Shown here: positions 16,360-26,857 of the stretch, one piece after another | Layout: every line of letters begins with the position of its first letter | Position numbering within the stretch: the first letter of the stretch is position 1 | Source of the DNA: Paludibacteraceae bacterium | Lineage (GTDB): Bacteria > Bacteroidota > Bacteroidia > Bacteroidales > Paludibacteraceae | Direction: 5' to 3' | Assembly (NCBI GenBank): GCA_017509715.1 | Contig: JAFWOU010000029.1 | Coordinates: 127,838 to 191,837, forward strand | Length of the DNA: 64,000 nt | The notes under the pieces: generated by a model | Database searches by the model: none | The model's input: only the letters and a program-made list of their open reading frames with translations | What the model was told of the DNA's origin: nothing | Position numbers and translations under genes: made by a program

Positions 16360-17145
16360 ATGAAAGTAGTATTATTAGCCGGTGGACATGGGACGAGGAT
16401 TAGCGAGGAGAGCATCTTCCGTCCAAAGCCGATGATTGAAATCGGAGGAAAGCCTATCTTGTGGCACGTCATGAAATGGTATAGTAAGTTCGGCATCAAT
16501 GAGTTTATCATCTGTGCCGGATATAAGCAGGATGTGATTAAGGAATGGTTTGCGAACTATTTCATTCACACATCTGATATTACGTTTGACTTCACCAAAG
16601 GGCGCGACATCATCGTGCATAGTCAGCATGCGGAGCCTTGGAAGGTGACGGTTGTGGATACCGGACTGAACACCATGACCGGTGGACGTATCAAACGCGT
16701 GAAGGACTATATCGGTAACGAACCGTTCTGCATGACCTATGGCGATGGCGTGTCTGATGTGGATATCAATGCGCTTATTGCATTCCATAAGACGCAAGGA
16801 CATAAGGCTACTCTTACCGGTGTTCAACCTGATGGACGATTCGGAATCATGGATCTCAACGGAAAGCAAATCCAATCTTTCCGCGAGAAGAGTAAGGAAG
16901 ATATGGGATGGATCAACGGAGGTTTTATGGTCCTTGAACCTGAAGTGTTGGATTACATAGAAGGCGATTCAACAACCTTTGAGCGAGAACCGCTGGAGCG
17001 ATTGGCTAATGATGGGCAATTGGATTGCTACAAGCATGATGGTTTCTGGCAGTGTATGGACACACTACGTGATAAAGAGAAACTAGAAGCGCTTTGGGCA
17101 TCCGGAAATGCACCGTGGAGCGCGAATACCCCCCCCAGAAAATAA
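16360..17145 (+). CDS. rfbF: glucose-1-phosphate cytidylyltransferase
   Basis: The N-terminus is MKVVLLAGGHGTRISEES..RPKPMIEIGGKPILWHVMK. It is ~260 aa and is followed by rfbH and rfbG. Confidence 0.8.
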   Translation: MKVVLLAGGHGTRISEESIFRPKPMIEIGGKPILWHVMKWYSKFGINEFIICAGYKQDVIKEWFANYFIHTSDITFDFTKGRDIIVHSQHAEPWKVTVVDTGLNTMTGGRIKRVKDYIGNEPFCMTYGDGVSDVDINALIAFHKTQGHKATLTGVQPDGRFGIMDLNGKQIQSFREKSKEDMGWINGGFMVLEPEVLDYIEGDSTTFEREPLERLANDGQLDCYKHDGFWQCMDTLRDKEKLEALWASGNAPWSANTPPRK

Positions 17146-17176
17146 TGAAACTATTCGTATTAAAAGCAGCGTAATT

Positions 17177-18514
17177 ATGACACGTAAAGAAGAATTGAAA
17201 CAACAGATATTAGACTTAACCCGTGAGTACTATCATGAAGTGCATGAAGTGAAGCCGGAGTTTGAAGAAGGAAAGACGTTCGTGAACTACGGTGGACGTT
17301 ACTATGACGATGAGGAGATGGTGAATCTGGTGGATTCGTCGTTGGACTTTTGGCTGACAGCCGGTCCTTGGGCACATAAGTTCGAGACACGTTTGGCGAA
17401 GTGGTTGGGCGTGAAATACTGCGCGGTGACGAACTCCGGAAGTAGTGCAAACCTATTGGCGTTCTATGCGTTGACATCTCCGAAACTCGGGGAACGTGCT
17501 ATCAAACGTGGGGATGAGGTGATCACGGTGGCTGCGGGATTTCCGACAACCGTGAATCCGATTATTCAGTTCGGTGCAGTGCCGGTGTTCGTGGATGTGA
17601 AAACGAGTACGTTTGATATCGACGAGAGCCAGTTGGAGGCTGCTTACAGTCCGAAAGTGAAGGCTGTGATGTTAGCTCACTCGTTGGGTAACCCGTTCAA
17701 TCTGAAGGCAGTGAAAGAGTTCTGCGAGAAGCATAACTTATGGCTGATTGAGGATAACTGCGATGCCTTGGGCTCGGAATATACGATTGATGGTGAAACG
17801 AAGAAAACTGGCACTTGGGGACATATTGGAACCAGCAGTTTTTATCCTCCTCATCACATGACGATGGGTGAGGGTGGTGCTGTCTATACAGATGACCCAC
17901 TGTTGGATAAACTTGTCCGTTCGTTCCGCGATTGGGGACGTGACTGTTGGTGCGTCGGTGGTGTGGATAACACGTGTAAGATGCGGTTTACTGGTAAGTT
18001 CGGGGAACTGCCGGAGGGGTATGATCATAAGTACGTATACAGTCATTTCGGGTTCAATCTGAAGATTACGGACATGCAAGCGGCAATCGGTTGTGCGCAG
18101 TTGGAGAAGTTGGATCGGATCGTAGAGGCGCGTCGGAAGAACTGGCAGACGCTGTATGAGGGGTTGAAGGATCTGCCGCAGTTGATGATGCCGGAGCCGG
18201 AGGAGGGTAGTACCCCGAGTTGGTTCGGGTTCCTGATTGCTGTGCGTCCTGAGGCAGAGTTCACGCGGAATGAGTTGACGGGATTCCTGGAGAGTCGGAA
18301 GATTCAGACGCGGAACTTGTTTGCTGGTAACTTGTTGCGTCATCCGGCATTCGATGAGATGCGAAAGAGTGGCGAAGGTTATCGCGTAGTAGGTGAGTTG
18401 AAGAACACCGACTTTGTGATGAACAATGGATTCTGGATTGGTGTTTATCCGGGCATGAAGCCAGAGATGCTGAATTGGATGATAAAATCAATTCGTGAAT
18501 TTTGCGAGAGATGA
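17177..18514 (+). CDS. rfbH: CDP-4-keto-6-deoxy-D-glucose 3-dehydrase (E1, RfbH/DdhC-like)
   Basis: It is a DegT-fold protein of ~445 aa (start moved to the ATG at 17177) lying between rfbF and rfbG. SGSSANLLA and the FYPPHHMTMGEGG context fit this enzyme. Confidence 0.7.
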   Translation: MTRKEELKQQILDLTREYYHEVHEVKPEFEEGKTFVNYGGRYYDDEEMVNLVDSSLDFWLTAGPWAHKFETRLAKWLGVKYCAVTNSGSSANLLAFYALTSPKLGERAIKRGDEVITVAAGFPTTVNPIIQFGAVPVFVDVKTSTFDIDESQLEAAYSPKVKAVMLAHSLGNPFNLKAVKEFCEKHNLWLIEDNCDALGSEYTIDGETKKTGTWGHIGTSSFYPPHHMTMGEGGAVYTDDPLLDKLVRSFRDWGRDCWCVGGVDNTCKMRFTGKFGELPEGYDHKYVYSHFGFNLKITDMQAAIGCAQLEKLDRIVEARRKNWQTLYEGLKDLPQLMMPEPEEGSTPSWFGFLIAVRPEAEFTRNELTGFLESRKIQTRNLFAGNLLRHPAFDEMRKSGEGYRVVGELKNTDFVMNNGFWIGVYPGMKPEMLNWMIKSIREFCER

Positions 18515-19581
18515 GTTTAGAGAACTTTTATAAAGGCAAACGTGTACTTGTGACCGGACACACGGGGTTCAAGGGATCTTGGCTGAGTATATGGCTGCAT
18601 GAGATGGGAGCAGAGGTGATAGGTGTTTCGCTATTGCCGCAGACCAACAAGGACAATTATGTGTTGTCTGGGATTGGGAAACGGATAAAGGCTGATATCA
18701 TAGCCGATATTCGTGATGGTGCGTTGATGCAGCGCATCTTTGATGAGTATCAGCCGGAAATAGTGTTCCATTTGGCAGCGCAGCCGTTGGTGCGATTGAG
18801 TTATGATGAACCGGTGGAGACGTGGCAGACGAACGTGATGGGAACAATCAACGTGATGGAAGCGTTTTGGCATTGCGAGAGTGCAAAAGTGGCAGTGATG
18901 ATCACGACGGATAAGTGCTACGAGAACCGCGAGACGAACCATGCGTACACCGAGGACGAGCCGATGGGTGGTTATGATCCGTATAGCAGTAGCAAGGGTG
19001 CTTGCGAGATAGCTATCAGCAGTTGGAGACGGAGCTTTATGAATCCGGCTGCATTTGCGAAACATGGTAAGGCGATTGCGAGTGTGCGTGCTGGAAACGT
19101 GATAGGTGGTGGCGATTGGGCTAAGGATCGAATCATTCCGGATTGTATTCGTGCGATAGAGGCGAACGAGCCGATAAAGATTCGTAATCGTCATGCGGTG
19201 CGTCCATGGCAGCATGTGCTGGAGCCGCTGTGCGGGTACTTGTTGCTTGCGCAAAAGATGTGGGAGGAACCGACTTCGTACTGCGAGGGATGGAACTTTG
19301 GTCCGAAGATGGATGCCGTGGTGCCGGTATGGGATGTGGCAACGATGCTGACGAAGGAGATGGGACATGGTGAGTTGCTCGACCAAACGGATCCGAATGC
19401 GCCGCATGAGGCGAATCTGCTGATGCTGGATATCACGAAGGCGCAGACGAGACTCGGTTGGCAGCCAAGATTGAGTACAACAGAGGCTATTGCGCTGACT
19501 GCTGATTGGTACAAACGCTATCATGGCGAGTTCGCTTATGATATATGTGTAGATGAAATAGGAAGATTTTGCAGCAAATGA
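18511..19581 (+). CDS. rfbG: CDP-glucose 4,6-dehydratase
   Basis: It has FYKGKRVLVTGHTGFKGSWLSIWL. The ATG at 18511 forms an ATGA overlap with the rfbH stop. Confidence 0.8.
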   Translation: MSLENFYKGKRVLVTGHTGFKGSWLSIWLHEMGAEVIGVSLLPQTNKDNYVLSGIGKRIKADIIADIRDGALMQRIFDEYQPEIVFHLAAQPLVRLSYDEPVETWQTNVMGTINVMEAFWHCESAKVAVMITTDKCYENRETNHAYTEDEPMGGYDPYSSSKGACEIAISSWRRSFMNPAAFAKHGKAIASVRAGNVIGGGDWAKDRIIPDCIRAIEANEPIKIRNRHAVRPWQHVLEPLCGYLLLAQKMWEEPTSYCEGWNFGPKMDAVVPVWDVATMLTKEMGHGELLDQTDPNAPHEANLLMLDITKAQTRLGWQPRLSTTEAIALTADWYKRYHGEFAYDICVDEIGRFCSK

Positions 19582-20483
19582 GTAAAGAGAAACTATATAT
19601 CATCGGAGGAAGCGGATTCATAGGCAAGAACATGGTTCGCTGTTTGTATGATCGGTATGAGATATCGGTATTCGATAAGTATATCGATGATGCATACTTT
19701 GTTGCTTATCCGGATGTACAATGTACTCACATGGAGTTGGATAAAGAGCCGATACCCGCAGAGTGCGCAACTCCGGCATATATCGTTAATCTCGCGTCTA
19801 TCGTAACGGCAGAACGAGATATGGGGTTGTTTGACGCTATGATTCAATCGAACCTTAAGGTTTTGCTTAATCTATATGAGCGTTTTAAGGATAATAGCGG
19901 ATTGAAGTTGTTCGTGCAGTTTGGTAGTAGTGAAGAGTATGGAGAAGTGCCAAGTCCGTATGTAGAGACTATGCGCGAAGAACCTAATTCTCCCTATGCA
20001 TTGGTTAAGCAGTTGACAACCAATACGGCAATGATGCTGCATCGAAATTATGGATTTCCGATAGCGGTTGTTCGTCCGGGTAATTTATTTGGACCTTTGC
20101 AGAACAAGAGTAAGTTCATTCCGTACGTGATAGAGCAGTTGAAAGCGAATCAGCCACTGAAAGTGACGCCATGTGAGCAGAAGCGGGATTTTATTTATGT
20201 GGATGATTTTGTGGGAGGAGTAGAGCAGATATTGCTTCATGCAAATGCAGCGAAAGGAGAGATTGTGAATCTCGGATCAGGGGAAAGCATTTCGCTGAAA
20301 GAGATTATTGAGTTCTGTCGTGCAGAATTGAACTCTGCTTCTGTGGTAAACTATGGCGCATTGCTATATCGTGCCAATGAAGTAATGGATCTTCGTTGCG
20401 CGATGGAAAAATTTCGTTCCGTTACAGGAGCGGAGATAAAATGTGATATTAAGTCAGGTTTGAAAAAATATATAAATGAATAA
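19578..20483 (+). CDS. NAD-dependent epimerase/dehydratase (SDR), candidate CDP-dideoxyhexose synthase/epimerase
   Basis: It has a Rossmann motif IIGGSGFIGKN and an ATGA overlap with the rfbG stop. Specificity cannot be read from the sequence. Confidence 0.6.
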   Translation: MSKEKLYIIGGSGFIGKNMVRCLYDRYEISVFDKYIDDAYFVAYPDVQCTHMELDKEPIPAECATPAYIVNLASIVTAERDMGLFDAMIQSNLKVLLNLYERFKDNSGLKLFVQFGSSEEYGEVPSPYVETMREEPNSPYALVKQLTTNTAMMLHRNYGFPIAVVRPGNLFGPLQNKSKFIPYVIEQLKANQPLKVTPCEQKRDFIYVDDFVGGVEQILLHANAAKGEIVNLGSGESISLKEIIEFCRAELNSASVVNYGALLYRANEVMDLRCAMEKFRSVTGAEIKCDIKSGLKKYINE

Positions 20484-21753
20484 AATTGAAAACCTCATAT
20501 TAGGAGCTGGAATTGCTGGATTGGGTGCTGCATATGCGCTGCGCAAAGAAGGACAATCGGCATTGGTAGTAGAGAAAGATGCTACCTATGGAGGGTTGTG
20601 CGGAGATATAGAAATAGACGGATTCCGCTTTGATCGTTTCGTCCATTTCACATTCACGCAAAATGAGGAGGTTAATGCTATATTCAAGACTTCGTGCCGA
20701 GAGTTGATACGGCACATTCCGAATCCGTATAATATTTATCAACGTCTATGGATCAAGCATCCGGCACAGAATAACTTGTTTCCATTGGACGAAGAAGAGA
20801 AAGCGAAAATCATACAAGATTTCAAAGCGAGACCAGAGGTTGACGCGACGTATGTTCCGAAGAATTATGAGGAATGGTTGCGGGTGCAGTTCGGTAATTA
20901 TTTTGCGGAGCACTTTCCGATGGTGTATACCAAGAAATATTGGATGAAGGAGGCAAAGGATTTGCGGACAGAGTGGGTAGGAAATCGTGTGTATCAGCCA
21001 TCTTTGGACGAGGTGATAATCGGTAGTCAAACGGCAGAAACTCCAATAACATATTATGCCAAGGAGATGCGCTATCCGCAGAAGGGTGGTTATAAGGCAT
21101 TGCTGAAATCTATGGCAGATGTTGCCAATATCGAATACGGAATGTGCGTGACGGAGATATGTCCGATAGAGAAGAGAGTACGTTTCGCGAATGGAAGAGA
21201 GATTGAGTATGGGAATATCTATTCCAGTCTGCCATTGCCGGTAGTGATAGATAGTATCAAGAATGTGCCGGATACAGTGCGTGATGCAGTGAATCAATTG
21301 GAATGTACTTCCGGTTATCATATATCCGTCGCGCTAAGGACGAAGAACATTCCTCCGTACTTATGGTGGTATATCTATGATGAGGACATATTGGCTGCGC
21401 GTGTATATTCTCCGTCATTGAAGAGTCCTGATAATGTGCCGGAAGGATGCAGCAGCTTGCAGATGGAGGTATATTGTAAAGAGAATGAATATACCGAGCA
21501 GGAACTGATAGATGGGACTGTAGGTAAGTTGCTAGAGATGGGGATTATCAAGCTAGAAGATATCCTGTTTACGCATGTAGGATTTGAGAAATATGCCAAT
21601 ATACTATTTACCGAACCAATTTATAGAACACGAAAGATAGTTCGCGATTGGTTAACCGAGCAAGGAATTGTAACGTTTGGCCGTTTCGGAGAATGGGATT
21701 ATCTATGGTCAGACCAGAGCTTATTAAGTGGATTAAATATCTTAAGTAATTAA
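20476..21753 (+). CDS. FAD-dependent oxidoreductase, UDP-galactopyranose-mutase-like
   Basis: It has the dinucleotide-binding motif ILGAGIAGLGAAYAL...VVEKDATYGG. The C-terminal FGRFGEWDYLWSDQ resembles the Glf GR-x-x-Y-x-Y region. Confidence 0.55.
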   Translation: MNKIENLILGAGIAGLGAAYALRKEGQSALVVEKDATYGGLCGDIEIDGFRFDRFVHFTFTQNEEVNAIFKTSCRELIRHIPNPYNIYQRLWIKHPAQNNLFPLDEEEKAKIIQDFKARPEVDATYVPKNYEEWLRVQFGNYFAEHFPMVYTKKYWMKEAKDLRTEWVGNRVYQPSLDEVIIGSQTAETPITYYAKEMRYPQKGGYKALLKSMADVANIEYGMCVTEICPIEKRVRFANGREIEYGNIYSSLPLPVVIDSIKNVPDTVRDAVNQLECTSGYHISVALRTKNIPPYLWWYIYDEDILAARVYSPSLKSPDNVPEGCSSLQMEVYCKENEYTEQELIDGTVGKLLEMGIIKLEDILFTHVGFEKYANILFTEPIYRTRKIVRDWLTEQGIVTFGRFGEWDYLWSDQSLLSGLNILSN

Positions 21754-21757
21754 CGAT

Positions 21758-22765
21758 ATGAAAGATATATTTGATAAAACAGATCATTTCAAGGAACGCG
21801 AGAATATTTTATCGCATTTACTATATGGTAATCCTAACGATTGCCCTAATCCGTTAGTGTCTGTTATTATGCCAGTATATAATCGACCGGATACATTTCC
21901 TGCGTCATTAGCTTCCGTGTTAAACCAACAATGCGATTTCCCGTTTGAGGTTGTCGTAGTGGATAATAAAGCAGATGTTGATAGAACGGAGAGCCAGGAT
22001 ATCGTAGAGGCAACCGGGGCAAAAAATATTATGTATTATCGCAATGCCGAAAATATAGGGATGTATGATAACTGGAATCGTGGTATATGGTTGTCCAGAG
22101 GGAAATATTATACTTATTGTCATGATGATGACATATTGCTTCCTGGAGCATTGCAACGATTAATTGACTTGCAAAAGCAGATTGGTGAAAAAAAGTGTAT
22201 ATTTAGCAAATATAACATGATTGATGCGGAAGATAATTATATACGTAAATATGAGTACCCTCATAAGAAAGGTCTGCTAAAAGAACAAGATTATTATAAT
22301 TATACATTGTTTGATCATTTTGTAGGACCTATTGCAGTAGGTGTAGGTTGCTTGTTTAATCGCGAGTGTGCTTTAGAAATAGGAGGTTATGATAGAGAAT
22401 ATTATCCCTGTTCTGACATAGCGTTTCAAGCAAGATATACCTATTATTATGGTTCAGTGGTTAATAATATACCTACTTTTAACTATCGGGTTTCTATAAA
22501 CGATTCTAGGAATATTGATGTTATACTTAAAATACAGGAAATGACATGTGTTGTTCGTAAGTGTATTCAGCGAAAATTACATTTCCCCGATTTGATACTG
22601 AATTTACATACCAATGCTATGTATCGGTTAACTCCTTGGATAATGACAGACAAATTCTTAGTTTCCGATAAAACGAGATTAAAGCCATATCGTAGTTATG
22701 ATCCTTCTGTCAAAAAGTTTTTTATGTCTTTATCTCGTAATAAAGGATTTTCGTTGTTTAAATAA
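21758..22765 (+). CDS. glycosyltransferase family 2
   Basis: It has VSVIMPVYNRPDTFPASLASVLNQ...VVVVDNKAD and a DDD context. Confidence 0.7.
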   Translation: MKDIFDKTDHFKERENILSHLLYGNPNDCPNPLVSVIMPVYNRPDTFPASLASVLNQQCDFPFEVVVVDNKADVDRTESQDIVEATGAKNIMYYRNAENIGMYDNWNRGIWLSRGKYYTYCHDDDILLPGALQRLIDLQKQIGEKKCIFSKYNMIDAEDNYIRKYEYPHKKGLLKEQDYYNYTLFDHFVGPIAVGVGCLFNRECALEIGGYDREYYPCSDIAFQARYTYYYGSVVNNIPTFNYRVSINDSRNIDVILKIQEMTCVVRKCIQRKLHFPDLILNLHTNAMYRLTPWIMTDKFLVSDKTRLKPYRSYDPSVKKFFMSLSRNKGFSLFK

Positions 22766-22776
22766 AGTAAAAATCT

Positions 22777-23943
22777 ATGATAAGAACAAGTGACATAGCC
22801 AACGGCATCCAAACATCGTTCACGCGCCATTTATTTAACTTAGCGAAGCAGTACGACGATGTAATTGATTTTACTCTCGGTGATCCGGATGTACAGCCGC
22901 ATCAAGCCATCAAGGATGCAGCTTGTGCTGCCATCCAGCAAGGCAAGACGCGTTATTCACAGAATGCCGGTCTGCTCGAACTGCGCCAAACCATCCATGA
23001 TTACTATCTCCGCAAAGAGGGACTCTCTTATACGCCAGAGAACGAGATACAAGTCTCAGTCGGTGCTATGGAAGGACTCTATTTGGCACTCTTAGCAATG
23101 CTCAATCCCGGAGATGAAGTCATCATCCCTGCGCCGTACTACGTCAACTACACGCAGATGGTGGCGATGTGTCATGCCGTACCGGTGATTGTGGATAATC
23201 CCGAAGTGAAGGACTTGCACTATCGTCTGGAGGACATCGCTGCGGCTATCACGCCCAAGACACGTGCCATCATGATCAATACTCCCGGCAACCCAACCGG
23301 TGTCGTTCTCTCCCAGGAATTGCTGCATGGCATTGCCGACTTGGCCATCAAGCATGATTTGGTAGTCATCTCGGATGAGGTATATAAGTGTCTCGTATAT
23401 AACGCAACCGAATGGAAGAGTATCGCATCATTCGAAGGTATGCGAGAGCGCACGGTTATCGTCAACTCGCTCTCAAAGGAGTTCTGCATGACCGGATATC
23501 GTATCGGGTATGTACTCGGACCATCGGAAGTCATCACGTCCATGACCAAATTACAAGAGAATGTAGCCGCATGTGCGCCGCTACCTAGTCAATATGCTGC
23601 TATTGAAGCATTGGGTAGCAAAGAAGATTACAGCAAAGACATGGTAGCTATCTTCACGGAGCGCAAGAACTGCATCGTGGAAGGTATTCAATCCATCGAA
23701 GGACTGTCATGCTTACCTCCTGATGCAACGTTCTACCTGATGGTTGATATAACTAAGACGGGTATGACGAGTGTGGACTTCGCGATGGAACTCCTCAAAG
23801 CCGTTCATGTTGCTGTTGTGCCGGGTATTACCTACGGTAAGTGTTGCGATAATTATATTCGTATCGCATTTACCCGCGAGTTGGATTATATTCGTGAAGG
23901 AGTTAGACGTATAAATCAATTTATGAAATCATTGAGTTTATGA
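22777..23943 (+). CDS. PLP-dependent aminotransferase, class I/II (aspartate-aminotransferase fold)
   Basis: It has the lysine context NSLSKEFCMTGYRIGY and is 388 aa. Confidence 0.7.
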   Translation: MIRTSDIANGIQTSFTRHLFNLAKQYDDVIDFTLGDPDVQPHQAIKDAACAAIQQGKTRYSQNAGLLELRQTIHDYYLRKEGLSYTPENEIQVSVGAMEGLYLALLAMLNPGDEVIIPAPYYVNYTQMVAMCHAVPVIVDNPEVKDLHYRLEDIAAAITPKTRAIMINTPGNPTGVVLSQELLHGIADLAIKHDLVVISDEVYKCLVYNATEWKSIASFEGMRERTVIVNSLSKEFCMTGYRIGYVLGPSEVITSMTKLQENVAACAPLPSQYAAIEALGSKEDYSKDMVAIFTERKNCIVEGIQSIEGLSCLPPDATFYLMVDITKTGMTSVDFAMELLKAVHVAVVPGITYGKCCDNYIRIAFTRELDYIREGVRRINQFMKSLSL

Positions 23944-25139
23944 AAAAGATATTGATGTTAGGTGGCTCGTTGTACCAGACGTATGCCATTAAGGAAGCAA
24001 AACGCCTTGGGTATTATGTTATCACATGCGACTATTGTCCAAATAATCCCGGACATCAGTTCGCCGATGAGTATCATAATGTATCCACTACCGATAAGGA
24101 TGCTGTGCTGAATTTAGCGCAAGAATTGCATGTTGATGGTATTGTGGCTTACGCATCAGATCCGGCTGCACCTACAGCGGCTTATGTAGCAGAAAAATTA
24201 GGATTGCCGACCAGTCCATACAAGTCCGTGGAAATTTTGTCGAACAAGGACTTGTTCCGTGACTTTTTGCAGAAGAATGGCTTTAACTGTCCGAAGGCTA
24301 AAGGCTATACGAAAGCGGAGCATGCTAAAGGAGATATCCATCTGTTCCAATTGCCGGTAATGGTCAAACCTGTGGATTCGAGCGGTAGCAAAGGTATCAC
24401 CAAACTGACGGATTGGGCAAATTTGGATGCTGCTATTGAAGAGGCTTTGTCCTATAGCCGCTCCAAGCGTTTTTTAATAGAAGAGTTTATCGTAAAGAAA
24501 GGACACCAGATTAGTGGTGATGCCTTCTCGGTTGATGGTAAGTTGGCTTTCTATAGTTTTGGTAATGAGTTTTATGACCCAAACTGCGATAAGGATTTTG
24601 CACCTCTCGGCGAATGCTGGCCATTCCAAATGGATCAACGATATATTGAGGATTTAGCAGAACAGTTACAACGACTTTTTACACTATTAGGTATGCGTTC
24701 AAATGCCTACAATGTAGAAGCAATTGTCGGAAAGGACGATAATGTTTATTTATTAGAAGTAGCGGCACGAAGCGGTGGTAGTTTGATTCCACAATTAACG
24801 GAATATGCCACTGGAGTGAATATGGTGACATATGTCATTAAGGCTGCAATGGGAGAGGATTGCTCCAGTCTGCAGATGGCTCCTGACAAGGGGTATTGGT
24901 CGAACTACATGGTGCACAGCAATGTAACCGGTAAGTTCAAGTCCATTCATTTCGATGAGGAGTTTGAGAAAAACCATCTGGTGGATTGGGTGACGGATTT
25001 GAAAGTGGGAGATGAAGTTCATCGCTTCCGTGGAGCACAGGATTGCATCGGCGAATTTATTCTACGATATGATAGTGTGGAACAGATGTTTGATGTGATT
25101 AAAAATATCGAGAGTTATATCCACGTAGAAGTAGAGTGA
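23940..25139 (+). CDS. ATP-grasp domain protein
   Basis: Its N-terminal pre-ATP-grasp layout is MKKILMLGGSLYQTYAIKEAKRLGYYVI. The central region is VMVKPVDSSGSKGI ... LLEVAARSGG. It forms an ATGA overlap with the upstream gene. Confidence 0.65.
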   Translation: MKKILMLGGSLYQTYAIKEAKRLGYYVITCDYCPNNPGHQFADEYHNVSTTDKDAVLNLAQELHVDGIVAYASDPAAPTAAYVAEKLGLPTSPYKSVEILSNKDLFRDFLQKNGFNCPKAKGYTKAEHAKGDIHLFQLPVMVKPVDSSGSKGITKLTDWANLDAAIEEALSYSRSKRFLIEEFIVKKGHQISGDAFSVDGKLAFYSFGNEFYDPNCDKDFAPLGECWPFQMDQRYIEDLAEQLQRLFTLLGMRSNAYNVEAIVGKDDNVYLLEVAARSGGSLIPQLTEYATGVNMVTYVIKAAMGEDCSSLQMAPDKGYWSNYMVHSNVTGKFKSIHFDEEFEKNHLVDWVTDLKVGDEVHRFRGAQDCIGEFILRYDSVEQMFDVIKNIESYIHVEVE

Positions 25140-25140
25140 T

Positions 25141-25830
25141 ATGGATAATATAATAATAGTTGGCATAGGTAATACCGCTAGTAACATATATAAGTTTGTT
25201 GAGAAGTATAAGCTTTTCCATGTGTTGGGCTTTGCGGTAAATAGGGAATATGCGACCAATGACACATATTTAGAAAAACCTATCTTTTGCCTTGAAGAAT
25301 TAGACAAAGTAATTGATAAGTCAAATGACTATCTTTTTGTCGCTATCCAGTGGAATCGATTAAATGCAGACAGACGCAAAGTCTATGTTAAATTGAAGAA
25401 TGAGGGGTATAAGTTCGCTAATCTGGTATCCCCATTGGCTTCTATCAACGGACGTCTAATCGGTGACAATTGTTGGATTACTGACTTTGTATGTATAGAC
25501 ACCGATGCTATTATAGGAAATGATGTGTTTGTGAAAGTTGGAGCATGTGTGTGCGATCATGCGATAGTTAGTGACCATTGTTTTATTGGGGCAAAGTCTG
25601 TAGTAGGAGGAGGCGTCAAGGTGGGTGAACAGAGTTTTGTTGGTCTTGGAGCTATTGTTTTTGATGACACTACTATCGGTAGAAAATGTATAGTTGGTGC
25701 AGCCACGGCATTAAAGCGTAATTTGCCGGATTATTCTGTATACAAAACAGCAAGTGATATATACACTCTTAAAACATATGCTGAGGATGTCATAGAGGCG
25801 AAGCTTGAGTTTAGAAAAAATATTCGATGA
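25141..25830 (+). CDS. NeuD/PglB-family hexapeptide-repeat acyltransferase
   Basis: It has an N-terminal Rossmann-like IIIVGIGNTASNIY. The C-terminal half carries left-handed beta-helix repeats (IGNDVFVKVGACV..., IGAKSVVGGGVKVG...). Confidence 0.65.
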   Translation: MDNIIIVGIGNTASNIYKFVEKYKLFHVLGFAVNREYATNDTYLEKPIFCLEELDKVIDKSNDYLFVAIQWNRLNADRRKVYVKLKNEGYKFANLVSPLASINGRLIGDNCWITDFVCIDTDAIIGNDVFVKVGACVCDHAIVSDHCFIGAKSVVGGGVKVGEQSFVGLGAIVFDDTTIGRKCIVGAATALKRNLPDYSVYKTASDIYTLKTYAEDVIEAKLEFRKNIR

Positions 25831-25875
25831 GAATTAAATAGACAAGAAATAGCGATTTGTAAATAATACTAAGTA

Positions 25876-26856
25876 ATGAATAATAAACCATTAGTAGCGA
25901 TAAGGTGCTTTGTATATAATCACGAACCATACCTCCGTGATTGTTTAGACGGTTTTGTGATGCAGAAGACGAACTTTAGGTTTGTAGCCGTAGTGCATGA
26001 TGATGCATCAACGGATAATAGTGCAACTATAATTCGTGAGTATGCGGAGAAATATCCGGATATCATTAAACCAATCTATGAAACAGAGAACCAATATTCT
26101 AAACGCGACGGTTCATTAGGTCGAGCAATGAATGATACAATCGCTACAACGGGTGTTAAGTATATTGCGTGTTGCGAGGGAGATGACTATTGGACGGATC
26201 CGTATAAATTGCAGAAACAGGTGGATTTCTTAGAGACTCATCCGGATTTTGTCGCCTGTTGTACTCGTTATCAATATTATTACCTAAATACCAAGAAATA
26301 TGACATTGACCATTTTGAAGGATTGTTTGATAATGGACAAGAAGGTATAGAATATAATCACGATAATTATTTTGAGATAGGAAGGCTGCCGCAGGTTCTA
26401 ACGATGATGTACAGGGCCGACACTTTCCCCCCCGATGCATATTATCACAAGTTAAAAAATGGCCAGGATGATGCCATGTATTATTGCATGACATTATATG
26501 GAAAGATATGGTTGATGAATGAGGTAACGGGCGTTTATAGAAAACATGATTATAGCATGACTTGGGAAGTGAGTCAAGGAGGAGCAATAGCACAAGCGAA
26601 GATGCTTCATGATATATTCCTTGATTGCTGGCAGTATGAGAAGAGCGATGTTTTGCGAGGGACGGTATTGTGGTCGATACAGCAGTTGTGTACATCGACT
26701 ATACGTTATTCTAATCCGCTGAATAAGGGACAGATAAAGCAATGCCTGCAAGAATGGAAAAGCATTGCTAATAAAAACGAAACTTGCTCATTTTATAAGA
26801 AAATAGCAAGGGCAATGATTGTGCGAATAGTGAAAAGACCATACAAAAAGAAATAA
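25876..26856 (+). CDS. glycosyltransferase family 2
   Basis: It has VAIRCFVYNHEPYLRDCLDGFVMQ...VVHDDASTDNS. Confidence 0.65.
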   Translation: MNNKPLVAIRCFVYNHEPYLRDCLDGFVMQKTNFRFVAVVHDDASTDNSATIIREYAEKYPDIIKPIYETENQYSKRDGSLGRAMNDTIATTGVKYIACCEGDDYWTDPYKLQKQVDFLETHPDFVACCTRYQYYYLNTKKYDIDHFEGLFDNGQEGIEYNHDNYFEIGRLPQVLTMMYRADTFPPDAYYHKLKNGQDDAMYYCMTLYGKIWLMNEVTGVYRKHDYSMTWEVSQGGAIAQAKMLHDIFLDCWQYEKSDVLRGTVLWSIQQLCTSTIRYSNPLNKGQIKQCLQEWKSIANKNETCSFYKKIARAMIVRIVKRPYKKK

Positions 26857-26857
26857 T

